Part shown: one piece after another, positions 11,682 to 23,313 of the stretch | Layout: each line of letters opens with the position of its first letter | Numbering within the stretch: the stretch's first letter is position 1 | From: Chromera velia | Taxonomy: Eukaryota | Length of the DNA: 49,898 bases | Direction of reading: 5' to 3' | NCBI GenBank assembly: GCA_018398765.1 | Contig: JAHBMJ010000352.1 | Location: 1-49,898 of the forward strand | The notes under the pieces: generated by a model | What the model was told of the DNA's origin: nothing | Database searches by the model: none | The model's input: the letters and a program-made list of their open reading frames with translations, nothing else | Position numbers and translations under genes: made by a program

Positions 11682-14474
11682 TTATGGTTTGAGCAGATTC
11701 AAAATGAAGGAGCTAATTCTCTGCGACCACGACAGCGTGTTGCCAGAGACGGGATCTCTGTCCGAACTGTTGGGCCCCCAGTCATACTTCACAAATTTCA
11801 ACTCAAAGTCACGACCCTCCTCCCCCTTTGCAAGAGCTTCCAGTCTCTCCCTCTGGTCCCTTCTCTCTGGCGGTAAATGATCCGCCACCCAATTGAGGAT
11901 TTTTTTTCGCGCAGTCTCTTTCTTTTCTGAAGCGACTGTTTCCCTTCCCACAAAGTCACCCATGTACCATTCGAACAACTGAGACACCCAAACAGTAGGA
12001 CCCCGGCGTTCCTCGCCTGATGATGCCGGGGCCCCCTCCCCCTCCTCAATGCGGAAGTTTTTCGGACTGCTGAGGAATGCGGCAGTTGAGGAACTTAGTT
12101 CTTCCTCCAGCCTGTCTCCCCTGTAGACGGAGACGGGGGGGCAGCCCATGGAGCCGCAGTTGAGGGCGAAGTGGATGCGGGGATCGAGAGGGACCTTGAG
12201 GGAGCTGCGGGGGTCTCCCTCTGACTGGAAGAAGGTCGGGCCGTCTCGAAGAATTCCTGTTTGTTGGGAATGCAGACAGAAGTGGAAGAACAAAGAAGAG
12301 AAAAGAAGAGGAGAAACAAACAAGCACACCAGTGAGTGTAGGACGGAAGGAGGAAAGGAAGAAAAGGAACAAAACAGAGAAAAAAGGAGAAAGAGGGCCG
12401 GGGGAGAATAAGGCAGGCAACAGAAGCAAAGAATGAAAGAATGACGGCAGAAGAAATACACAGAGATGGGGGAAGGAGGAAACGAACAAAGAAAGGAAAA
12501 AAGGGAGGGGGGTGACGGAAGGAAGGAAGAAAAGAAGGGAGGAAGCAAGGTAAGGAAGCAAGGTGAGGAAGGAAGGAAGGAAGGACAGAAGGGGGGAAAG
12601 GGAGGGAGACAGCAAGGAAGGAAGGAAGGAAGGAAGGAAGAAAGGGGGGAAAGAAAGAATGAATGAATGAATGAATGCATGAATTAGTGAATGAATGAAT
12701 CAATGAGGGAATAAAGGGAGGAAGGAGAAGAAACGACGAAAGGGACGAAGTAGGGACGAGGAAAGAGACAGAACGGACAAGAGAGGAAAGAAAGTTAAGG
12801 AAGCGAAAAAAGAAGAGGTTAAAAACCGAAATAGAAGGCGCATTGTCAACACGGAACCGAGTGGAACGTGCGAAAAGCAGAGGCGCCAGTCAGACAAAAA
12901 GTGAAAAGAATAATAACACGCATGAGCTCGGCTCCACTGGCTTATTCAACTCATTCATTATTCATTCATTCATTCATTCATTCAAATGACTCTGGAAGGA
13001 CAGAGAGAGAGACAGGGAACCAGGAGGCTGATTCAAACAATGGCAATGGCCGACAAAACCACAAAAAGAATTGTGGGAGCGCACTAAGAACGGCGAACAA
13101 GGAATGAAGCTCCAGAACGACAGCAAGAAGGCTGCGAGAGAACGGGCAAAGGAGACAAGCAGCCTGCTCCGCTCAAACACTCTCTACCGATCCCAGGGCA
13201 ATATAAACCCAAATCATTCGACCACCGTGAGCTTCAGCAAGCAGAAAAAGAAGTATCGGAAAAACTTAAGGACGACAGGCAGGCTGACCATTTTCGATGT
13301 CGTCATTTGTCAGAACCACCCCTCCAACATTGTACGCCACCTGTCCGCTTTTAAAGAATTTATATTTCTGCCAGAGGCTCGTGCCCGGGCTTCCAAATTC
13401 AGTCACCCCATGGAAGGTCACGCAGTTGTACAGGTTGATGAAGAACGCCTTCCGCTCCTCCTCGGGAAGGCTGTTCAGTCCCTTGACCTGCTGAAGGTCA
13501 GTTGCAAGCGCAAGAAATCTATACCACTGGTCACTTGTTCTCATGCGGTGATAGTCAACAAGACCGTCTTCCGGAGAGACGAACTCCTCGTCCAGTCTGG
13601 ACATGCTTCTCCGGAGAGACTCCGCAATCGACCCAGCCTCCCTCGGAATGCCGGTGGGCTCGATTCCCCCATTCAGGGGGTAGGGGGCCTTCATACTCTT
13701 GAGGTGCCGCAGCTTGTCTACTTGTGCCTCAAGGGCATCGTCCCACACAGGGAGACTCCCCACACGCCCCGGAGGAGTCCCACGGACAGTCACGAGCTTC
13801 CCCGCGGGCTCCTGCAGAGTTGAATGGACTGCTTCACGAAGCGCCCCAGAGTCGCTGAAGACCACCAAGTCATCATACCCTCCTATGTATCGCCCGTTGA
13901 AAAAAATCTGAGGAAGTGTCAGGGAAGACGGCCGCTCTTGCCCGGCAGCTCGGACAATGAGGTCCTTCGCTTCCTCTAGACGGCCAGGCTCCCCCTCCAC
14001 GTCTACCGTCGTGAAGGGGAGATGGAGACGGCGCAGCAATTGCTTCGCTCGTTTGCAATACTTGCATCCGACACGGGAGAAGATCACGAGCGTCTCCGCG
14101 ATCCTATGCGCACCTGAAGTGCTCAACTCAAAGGGCGCCGTGCCAGATTCTCCCCGCTCTGCTCCTGACACTTCTGACGCAAAAACAGCGGAAGCCCTTC
14201 GAAGAGATGGAAGTTTGAACTTGAGGGAGGGAGGTGATGTCTCCGTCCGAACGCGTAGACCGTGCGACCGTCCGGAAGACGATGCCGACTCCTTTGCTCG
14301 TGGTCTACCCCAGCCCGTGCCACCAGACAATGAAGAAACGAAAGAGAACGGTGCTGGTGGATCACTTCGTTTCAGATGGGAAATCACTGCGCAGACTCCG
14401 CCAACCAGAAAGAAGGGCCAAAGGAAATGAGATAGAGAGACGTCCCGTCTCCCCGACCTCCACCCTCCATTCAT
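11682..14474 (-). CDS. Glutaredoxin + DUF547 domain protein; two exons (14474-13289, 12256-11682), ~586 aa
   Basis: Grx motifs CKYC and TLPQIFFNGRYIGGYDDL. DUF547 motifs KAFFINLYN, IENG|ILR, DPRIHFALNCGSMGCPP and YDW. The GT-AG intron 13288-12257 keeps frame (1761 nt in total). Start codon choice is inferred. Confidence 0.88.
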
Positions 14475-15107
14475 TTTGCCTTTGTGATCGACGAGCAAAG
14501 CCTCTACTTTTACGCAGAACGAAAGTCTCCAAGACAGGAAAACGACGGACTGCAGCAAGCACAGGCAAGCTTGATCGACTTGCCCTCTTCCGAGTGACTC
14601 TTTAATTGACAGCCAGACGGCACTGAGACTGAGTTCGATCGATCAGTCTGACACCCAAATTAAGCGCACGTACGGATCGATCGATCGAATTGCGAAAACG
14701 TGCCCCCCATGCAAGCATCTTTTCCGCGCGCGCGCTCGAGAATCTTTTCGCGCGTTTTGCGCGCATGCATTCTCGCTTTTAAAATTTTGGCGACCTGTAT
14801 CGCATGCGCATGCATGCAGTACGCGTACGACTCTCGAGCTGATCTTGACCGATTCTTGACCGGCATGTCCATGATTGTCCATGACAGCCAGTAAGCTGTC
14901 TGGTATTTGTTTGCATGTCAGGCAGCCTGCAGGTCCATTCGATCTCAATCGCTCACCTTTTTACCTTCTACGCACCTCCCGCAGAGCTCGATCCTGTTTA
15001 GGACTTCAAAGAAGCTAGTGGAGGGGTCACACCTTCTGTGAGCGTATCAACGAAGTCTGGTGAATCGTCCCTACTTGCCAAACACAGAACCTTGCATTTT
15101 TGTCGAG
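14475..15107. promoter_or_regulatory. Putative bidirectional promoter, CpG- and palindrome-rich
   Basis: Lies between divergent start codons; contains GATCGATC, (GC)n, TGCATGCA at 14811 and GTACGCGTAC. Confidence 0.5.
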
Positions 15108-18100
15108 ATGGCAGAAGCACAAGCTTGGGAATATGTCATATTCCCACTATTGATTTGCTGCTCTGCGTTATTTTCTGGTCTGACTTTGGGGATCATGTCG
15201 CTGGACACGGTGCAGCTGCAGATCCTGATTGACAACCCCAGCAAGACGTCGTCGGACCAGCGCATAGCCAAGTACGCAAGAGGGATTTTTCCTCTCAGAG
15301 AGAAGGGAAATTTGATGCTCTGTACGCTTCTGATTGGCAACACGCTTGTGAATGCCTATGTAGCCATTCTGTCCTCGACAATTGTCGGTGAGGGTGCGAT
15401 CGCCCTGGCGGTCTCCACTGGAGTTCTGGTGGTGTTTGGTGAGATCATTCCGCAGGCCATCTGCTCCCGATATGGTCTGATGATTGGGTATTACACTCGT
15501 CCGGTTGTGATTGTTGTCCGGATGCTTCTATGGATTGTGGCCAAACCGATTTCGTTGGTCCTCGACTGGGCCCTGGGGAGGGAAATGGGAACGATCTACG
15601 ATAAGAATCAACTGAAGGCTCTTTTCGCACATCACGAGAAGGAGGCGAATATTCTGGAAACAAAGGAAGCTCAGATTCTGACAGGCGCACTGGATTTCCC
15701 CAACAAAACAGCTGCGGAATGTATGACACCGATCAAGGAGGTGTTCGGTATCGACATCGATGAGACTTTGAACTTTGACTCTTTGGCGGCAATTCTGCAA
15801 GCTGGATTCTCTCGCATTCCCGTGTTTGACCCTCACACTCCTCAGTGCATTGTGGGGCTCTTGCTGGTGAAGGACCTCCTCCTCGTGGATCCCACTGCCT
15901 CTGTTCCTGTCAGAACTCTCCTGAAGCTTCTTGGAAGGGAGGTGTTCGCGATTGACAGCGAAACGAGGCTGATGAGCCTTTTGACGGACTTTAAAAAAGG
16001 TCGGTCTCTCTTCTTCTCTCGCTTTCTCTTTTCCTCTCCTCTCTCTCCATCTTTCTTCTTCTCTCTCTCCCTCCCTCCCCTCCCCCCTCTCTCTCTGCTC
16101 CAGCTGTCTGTCTCTTTCGTATGGTCGTTGACTTTAACTACGTCTCCTGCCTTCTATCCGCCCGGGTTTCCCGCATCGGCCCATTTTCTCCTGTCCACCT
16201 TCTGTGCCAGTCCCTCGAATCGGTTGATTGATTGGTGCCTGGACTGACTTGCCTGCAGGAAGAAGCCACCTGGCGGTTGTGCGGGACGTGGTTTCCCCCG
16301 ACGATGGGGATCCCTACTGGTGTCACGTGGGGATTATCACCCTGGAAGACCTGATTGAAGAAATTCTTCAAGTCAGTCAGTCAGTCAGTCAGTCCAGTCA
16401 GTCAGTCAGTCAGTCCAGTCAGTCAGTCAGTCAGTCAGTCAGTCCGTTTGTCTATTCGTTCGCTCGCTTGTTGATTTGCTCATGTTCTCCTTGCTTGTTG
16501 ACTGCCTGTCTGTGTGGGAGAGTGGGTTCCGCACGGCTTTCTCTGAGTGTTCCTGGCCCTCTTATTTTGTTCTGTGATCGCATAGAGCTGTTTCAGATCT
16601 CTGTGAGTCGCTCTGTCAAGACCGACTCCTTCATCTCTCTAAACACATCTGTCTATTTTTCTGTCTCCCTCTCTCCCTCCTTCTATGTGTGTGTGTGTGT
16701 GTGTCCTCTGCTGTATTCGTTCGTTGACTTCCTCCCTCCCTCTGCTCTCCCCCTTCCAGGACGAGATCCAAGACGAGACAGACCCCCTCATGGCGGGAGA
16801 GGCGATGGCAGCGGGACTGCCGATGCTTCATGACAGCAAAGAGAACGGGGCAGAGAACGGAAAAGAACTCGGAGGGCACAGGGACAGCGAATCCAAAAAG
16901 GGTCGGTCGGAACGAAATTTCGGTACCCGCAGTGTGAGTGAAGTGACTTGATGTCCTTTTTCTCGTGAGCCATCGTTCTCATAAGTATCCTGCCTGTCTG
17001 CCTGCTCTCGTTCTTCATCCGTTTGTGTCTCGTCAGCAACAGGTGCCACCAACGGTTCTCCCCGAGCCATCCAGGTGGCGCCGTTGGAAGCGGAGAAGGA
17101 GGAGGACCTGGAGGAAGGCGGCGGGACGGCACCGACCCGCCTGGCACCGACTGCGCTTGCTTTGTCGGAGGCGGCACGTGCAAGCATGGGAGGCCTGGGA
17201 GCGTTGGGATTGGGGCCCCAGAAGGCAACTCGATACTCCAAGAGCGAACTGAGGTCAGCCGAGTGGGCCTTCAGGAAACGGGCAGCACAGCGGTCGCATT
17301 GACGCACGCAGAATTATGCAAAACTGCAATGAACCAAATTTGCATTATGTTTTGCTCTTACATTGAAAGAACATCCGGATTTGCAGCTCTGCTAAACTGG
17401 GTTCGAGTGCCGCACACACACCAGAGAACGCGTCCTGAAGGGGTGTGAAGTTTTCATTCTGTTGAGAAGAAGTAGTACATGGAAGCTTCCGGCGGAAGGA
17501 GTCAAAGACATCATCAGGCTTTCTGTGCGTTCGTTGCTTCGGATCATCTTCCTTCCGTGTTTTATGAATATGTTGTCTTCTTCTCTCGTGCAGCCGTTCT
17601 ATGGCCCTGGGCAGATTGAAGCTTTTCGACAGGCGCAGAGGTCCGGAGTCTTTCGGAGAAGCAGAGGCGATGGCGATCTGCGCGTTCCTCCAGGCAACTC
17701 AGCCGGCCTTCTCTCCTTTGTTGATCGATCAGCATGTCCTCTCGCAGACAATCAAGTCAGTCAGTCAGTCAGCCAATCAGGCAGACGGACATTCAGCTTG
17801 CATCGTCGTTGCTTGGCTTGGCTTGGATTGACAGTTTTGGTCAGCGTTCCTCAATACTGCTGCGTTCATCATTCTCCAGGCAGAGACACTGTTGGTCTTC
17901 TGCCTCTTGCCAGCAAACCTCCAGGACTGGAAGGGTGCATGCAATAAGAAAAAAGGTCGAATGTTTTTCTTGTGGAGGACACTCTTCAAAGGCTTCCCGA
18001 CTGTCTGTGTTGTGTGTACGTGCATGCTCATTTGTGTGAGAGCGCGTCTCTGTGGGGGGGGGCGTTTGGGTGGGGAGGTGGGCAGATGTGTCGAGGTGCA

Positions 18101-19693
18101 ACTGGTGAAGGTGCGTGTGTGTACCTGTATGTGCCTTTTCGCTGCCCTTCGCTGCTGCCTGCCTGCAGGGATCTTGGATCCAGACGTCCACCCAAGGACA
18201 AGGTGATCTTCAGAAAGGGAGTGCCTGCAGATGACGCGGTTTTGATTTTGCAAGGGCGGGTGAAGGCAATGGTGGGGCAGGAGAGCTTAGAGACCTCCCT
18301 CGGGTCCTGGAGCAGCTTTGGCATGCAGGTCCGTTCGTCCGTCTCTCTGTCTGCCTGCCTATCTGTCTCCCTGCTTATCTGTCTGCCTGCTTATCTGTCT
18401 GTCTGTCCGTCCGTCCGTCCCACACAGACAGATAGTCTGTCCTCTGTATGTCTGTTCCCCTGCGAGTCTGTCAAGAAGAGAAGGGGAGCGAGAGTGCTGG
18501 CAGGGTGAATACGGACGGCTGTCGGTTTCTTGTCGTCATTCGTGGTCCATGTCCACATGCACGCACATGCACTCACACATTCGCCAACACTGCCCCCCTT
18601 CTCTCTCTGTCTATCTCACACACAAACATTCCCATACGTTTATCTAGATGCACGCGATGGAGATGGGAACATCCAGTCACCTCACTATCCTCCTGTCCCC
18701 CCTTTATTTCTTTCTTTTCTTGCTTGCTTGCTTCAGGCTCTGACGCTCCCTCCGTTCATGATTGAGTTTCTCCAGAAGCACAGGAGGGGGGAGACGGCAG
18801 GACAGCACGAGGAGGGGGGAGTTGTTTCTTTCGAAAACGGGGGGGGTGAGGGGTATGGGGGCATTCCGACGAGGCACGATGCTACGAAGCCGAGCTTGGT
18901 GCGGGCTCTGGACTCTCAAGCGGGGGAGGAGGCCATCGAGGTCAGTCAGTGAGTGCATGGGTAGGGAGCTGTCTGGGTGTTTGGACTCGATTTTCAAAGA
19001 AGAAAGTGGAAGGTTCGGAAGGAGAAAGAATGGGGAGGCAGGAAGAAGGGCGCACGACTGATCGAGGATTCTTGTTCAGAATGGTCGCGGGTCAGAGTGT
19101 GATTTCTGGCGCCGATCGAGGCTTTGAATGGACTTGTCACTCTTTTTTTCTGTTTCTTATTGTTCTCTTGGTTGCAAAGAGAGAAATAAGACTGCTGGTG
19201 GTTCTGTGGCCGTCCTGTCCTTCTGTTTTTCTCTTGCTCCACCTTCGCTGACTTATGATTCCTTTCCTTTCCTACCTCTGCTTGCTTCCTGATTGATGCC
19301 TTGTTTCCCTTTTTTTGTGATCATTTATTTCTGCAGAAGCTGACGTTGTCTGATGCCGTCGCCCTCTTGGAACTTTTCGAGGTTGAGAGAACGTCAGGCG
19401 ACGAGGCGGGGGGAGAGGAAAACGGAGGATCCCCCAGGGCTCGCGCAAACAGCGTGATAGGTGCCCAGATTGCTGCTGCGAGGACGGAGCGGTACACGCC
19501 CGACTTCACGGCCTTCGTTACTGAGGAAGGAGCACGGATTGTCGAAATCCCGAGAAGGGAATACATCCGTGCAGTGAAGGGTCAGTCAGGCAGTCAGAAG
19601 GGTGCATACACATGCAAAACACACAGCCAGGCACATTTATGCATAGGCTCTCACTCTCATTCCCTCAGATACATACGCTCGCACGCGCTCGCA

Positions 19694-19728
<35 letters not shown>

Positions 19729-20497
19729 TCCCTCTCCCTCTCTCTCTCTCTCTCACACACACACACGCACACTCACACGCACATGTCAGACAAAGGATGG
19801 GGCAAAGCAAAGCAGTCGGGTCAAAGCTCCCTCTCTTTCTCCCTCTTTCTTGGTTCCTGATGAACTGTCCGTGAAGGGCTGGAATAGACATGGTGCAGAC
19901 ATGAAAGAGAAGCGCAAAGAGGGCACACGTTTCTTTCATTTCCCTTTCCTTTTCTCCCTCTTTGCATGTGTCTGTGCAGCGAGTCTGTTGAAGACAGACA
20001 GACGGTCCAGTGCCCTGCCACGTCCCAGCCTGACGTTGCCACCCAATGCGGCTGCCACCGTCAGGCTGTCGGCAGCCGTGACGCAGTGCCCCCCTCAGAC
20101 AGCACCAGTCCAACAACAACAACCAGGCCTCCCTCTGCTCTCAGAGGCCGTCAACGGTTCATCTCCTCGGTATGCGGCACAGCAGCAGGCTCAGCTCCAG
20201 CTGGGTCTGGTGAATGGAGCGAGTCACGCGCCTCCGCAGTCAGCCCCGGGACCCGACCCTTTCGGTGTCCGGGGTGTGCCTCCCACAGTAACTGATCCCT
20301 CGGGGGCGCCCGCAGGAGCAACGGGGGAGCGGTCGGGTCGGAGGTCGCTGACGATTTCTGGGGACTCGCGAGTGGGTACAGGGGCTTGGCAGAAAAGAGG
20401 GGGGATTTCGAACAAACCATCAGCCGTCGAGGGGGACAACGGGTTCGGGGCATGGGAAGAAGAACTTGATGAAAAGGGAATGGATGCATTTGTTTAG
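15108..20497 (+). CDS. CNNM: CNNM/CorC-family metal (Mg2+) transporter: DUF21 + CBS pair + cNMP-binding-like domain; about 9 exons
   Basis: SALFSGLTLGIMSLD, LCTLLIGNTLVN, FGEIIPQAIC, GFSRIPV, KG|RSHLAVV, GIITLEDLIEEILQ|DEIQDETD, LILQGRVKAMVG, YTPDFTA. Exons approx 15108-15999, 16259-16371, 16760-16900, 17073-17252, 17594-17755, 18169-18328, 18737-18940, 19337-19580, 19980-20497. Confidence 0.92.
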
Positions 20498-20869
20498 AAA
20501 ATGGGCCGCTCAGCCCCGCCCTCCAGTGCATGCAGCATGCTAGAGTGCATGCACGCAGGATATCGGGGTTGGAGCGGCATATGGTGTAGTGCGTGGCCGA
20601 GCGCATGGATTGGGCATTCGATGTCAATTTGTCATATTGGTCTAGAAATTGGTATCAAATCATTGAAGAACTTCATTCTAGACTTCATTGAAAAGTAAGT
20701 GTAGTCAAACCACTGGCAATTGACTAGTTCATTAGCTATATTTTTTTAATTGTTTTATACGCTATATATATAGGCTCTTAGTAACTGTAAAATTATAAGC
20801 GATTTGATTCTTTTTAAAGCGAATATACACTGGCATATAAGTTTTAAGTTCAGTGAATTTCTTTTTATT

Positions 20870-21478
20870 CTAGGCATGTCACAGAAAAAAAAAAATCTCT
20901 AGAAAAACGAGTTATCTACTTTTTTTTTCTTTTTTTTTTGGCCTGCAACCTAGGCTCGGATTCAATATATATTATATTTCAGACAAAACGCTAATATAAT
21001 ATAATGTAATATGATATAATATAAACTTAATGTAATATGGGAGGATGAAGATTGGGTTGAAGGCCGGAGATGAGTTAGAGAATGAAGATCCGTCCTACGA
21101 TCGGTCCTGCAAAATCTGATGATGACGCATCTCTTTGGTTATTGTTTTTTGAGACAGTTTTTTATAAGGCTTCAGAGGCAAGTTGCTCTGTTCAAATGAA
21201 TTAAAAGGGAAAAAAAGATAAACATGAAGTGAATTTATGTAGATGTTATATCATATTATATTATATTTATATTATTATATTAAGGGAACCCTAAAGATAT
21301 ATATATGTATGTACTAGTATTGAATCCAAACCTAGCCTGCAACACTTGTGCAACATCCATGCAACAGCTAAACAACAGTTGTTTTAGATAAAAAAAAAAA
21401 AAGTACTAGAAAAAGTACCTGACCTAGTACCTGATAAAGAGAGTTATTTACTTTTTTTTTTTTCTGTGATACCCCTAG
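20870..21478. mobile_element. Outer non-autonomous DNA transposon (MITE), CTAGG...CCTAG ends, 8-bp TSD TTTTTATT (hAT-like)
   Basis: Left end CTAGGCATGTCACAG(A)n versus right-end reverse complement CTAGGGGTATCACAG(A)n; TTTTTATT at 20862-20869 and 21479-21486. Confidence 0.75.
20950..21335. mobile_element. Inner MITE nested in the outer one; 18-bp TIRs, 8-bp TSD CCTGCAAC
   Basis: CTAGGCTCGGATTCAATA versus reverse complement CTAGGTTTGGATTCAATA (two C/T mismatches); CCTGCAAC at 20942-20949 and 21336-21343. Confidence 0.85.
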
Positions 21479-22583
21479 TTTTTATTCTAAAAATTATTCA
21501 CTCACTACTATAATAAGGTGGATTTAGGAATGATTCTAGAAATGATTAGGCTGTGCACTCCATTAAAAAAAAAATCTGATCTTTTATTTTTTTTTTATCA
21601 ACCAAAAATATAGACTAGTACTATATAATTTTTAATGTAACACCCCGTGCAACTAAGGATAGCTATCATATCATATTGGTATCGAATCGGTATCGTATTG
21701 GTATCGTATCGGAATTTAACGTTCCTAAAAAAGGGGGTATCGTCGATAATTTCGATACTGACATAAAATTTTTAGCGTATGTGACGGTATAAAAAGAAGA
21801 GACAAAAGACGATTCTTAGACTACTGTCCTTGAGCTGTTTGGACGTTGGCCAGTGAGCCAACTCTGACAGGGCAACAACGGGTCAAGCAACTCTGTATGC
21901 TGAGGAGATGAAATGTCTATCCGCCTGACGTTTATAATATGTCTACACCTTACCTTGTCTTTTCCCCTTCCGGCTGTTATGATGTTTTGATTGTCCAGAA
22001 GCGGTTTTATTCAGAAAACGGAAATGATGAAGCTCTGTTAGATCGGATGCAGTATATATGCAGTCTTGTTTTAAAGCCAAGTCGGGCTGTTCTGGCCGCT
22101 GAGGCTGAATTCAGTACACGTTGGAGCCGGTTCCGCATTCATCCATGCATGGAGCCAAAACATGACTGGTGGTGATCGTGGTGGTGGTGGGCCCATGGCC
22201 CCAAGACGACTCGGGGTTTTAAATAGGCCGTGGTGGTCGTGCCAAGACGACTCGGGTCGTCTTCAGGATCTTAGGGATGCCAGGGGTTTCTTTTTATTTT
22301 CGTTTTTCGCCAGGATATGCCAGGATTGAAAAAACAAGTTTATTCACACGCATTCATGCGCGTTCCCGTGCAAGGGCGAGAATAAATTTTGTGCGTCCTC
22401 AGACTTCAGAAAGATATCCAAGCTACGCCTTGAGAAGTACCGTACCGGAAAATATCGGAAACTCACATACATATACATACAAATTCTGTGTGCACATGAT
22501 TTTCAAATACGGGGCGGTCAAAAAATTCTGGTAAAACAAAAAGAATGAAGAATTAGAGGATACAGAAGTACACAGAAGGAGAA

Positions 22584-22648
22584 ACATCAACAGATAGCGG
22601 GAAGGCCCTAGGGCGGAACATATCAATCAATCAATCAATCAATCAATC
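22584..22648 (+). mobile_element. Short retro-insertion: ~30-nt conserved motif plus (ATCA)n tail
   Basis: ATAGCGGGAAGGCCCTAGGGCGGAACATATCAATCA...; candidate TSD AAGGAGAA at 22576-22583 and 22649-22656; second copy at 46573-46642 on the minus strand. Confidence 0.65.
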
Positions 22649-22987
22649 AAGGAGAAGATTAAAAAAATGTACACAGAAAGCAGAGGTATCCAGCTAGATG
22701 TCCGGCCTGGCGTCGCTAGCATGCCTTTGCTCTAACCAACCATATATGCCTATTGCCGCTAGTATGACGAAATTAAACGAAATATATACTAAAATCTACA
22801 TAAATTTGTATCATAATTTGACTTTCACGCAGAAAAGCGAAGCTGAGGCTCAAAAGTCTGGTATGCTAGTATTTTTGAGCTTCTGCTTAATAAGCCTTAG
22901 CCGCTACGACCAGCTCAATTCCTCCAAGGAGTATCATGCATCTACACAAGCCAGACAGATCACATGTTTGTACATTGACTCGATCCA

Positions 22988-23281
22988 TTAGATCCTGTAC
23001 GCACTCGTGTACCCCCCTCCCCCTGTCTGGCTGTTCCCCAGACTTCCCCCACCACCAGTCCCAGAAGCCCCCCCGGGAGGCGCCTGCTTGGCTGCCAGGG
23101 TAGCCTGCAAAGACACGCACGCACACATACACATACACATACACACGTACACAGACAGACAGACAGACCGATAGAGAGTCAACATGTTTCTTCTGTCTCC
23201 CTCCTTCTACAGCCTCTTTCTTTCTTTCTTTCTTTCTTTCTTCCTTCCTTCTTTCCTTCTTTCCTTCTTTCCTTCTTTCCT

Positions 23282-23313
<32 letters not shown>

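Noticed and set aside
21660..21780. Clustered GGTATCG repeats resembling hAT subterminal motifs
   Set aside because: I could not define matching termini or a TSD.
22201..22264. 15-bp direct repeat CCAAGACGACTCGGG with a 26-bp spacer, CRISPR-like
   Set aside because: Only two units, eukaryotic context and no cas genes; a local duplication or TSD is more likely.
22595..22625. Canonical hammerhead ribozyme
   Set aside because: Stem II plus GAAAC-like sequence is present, but the CUGANGA core and convincing stems I/III are missing.
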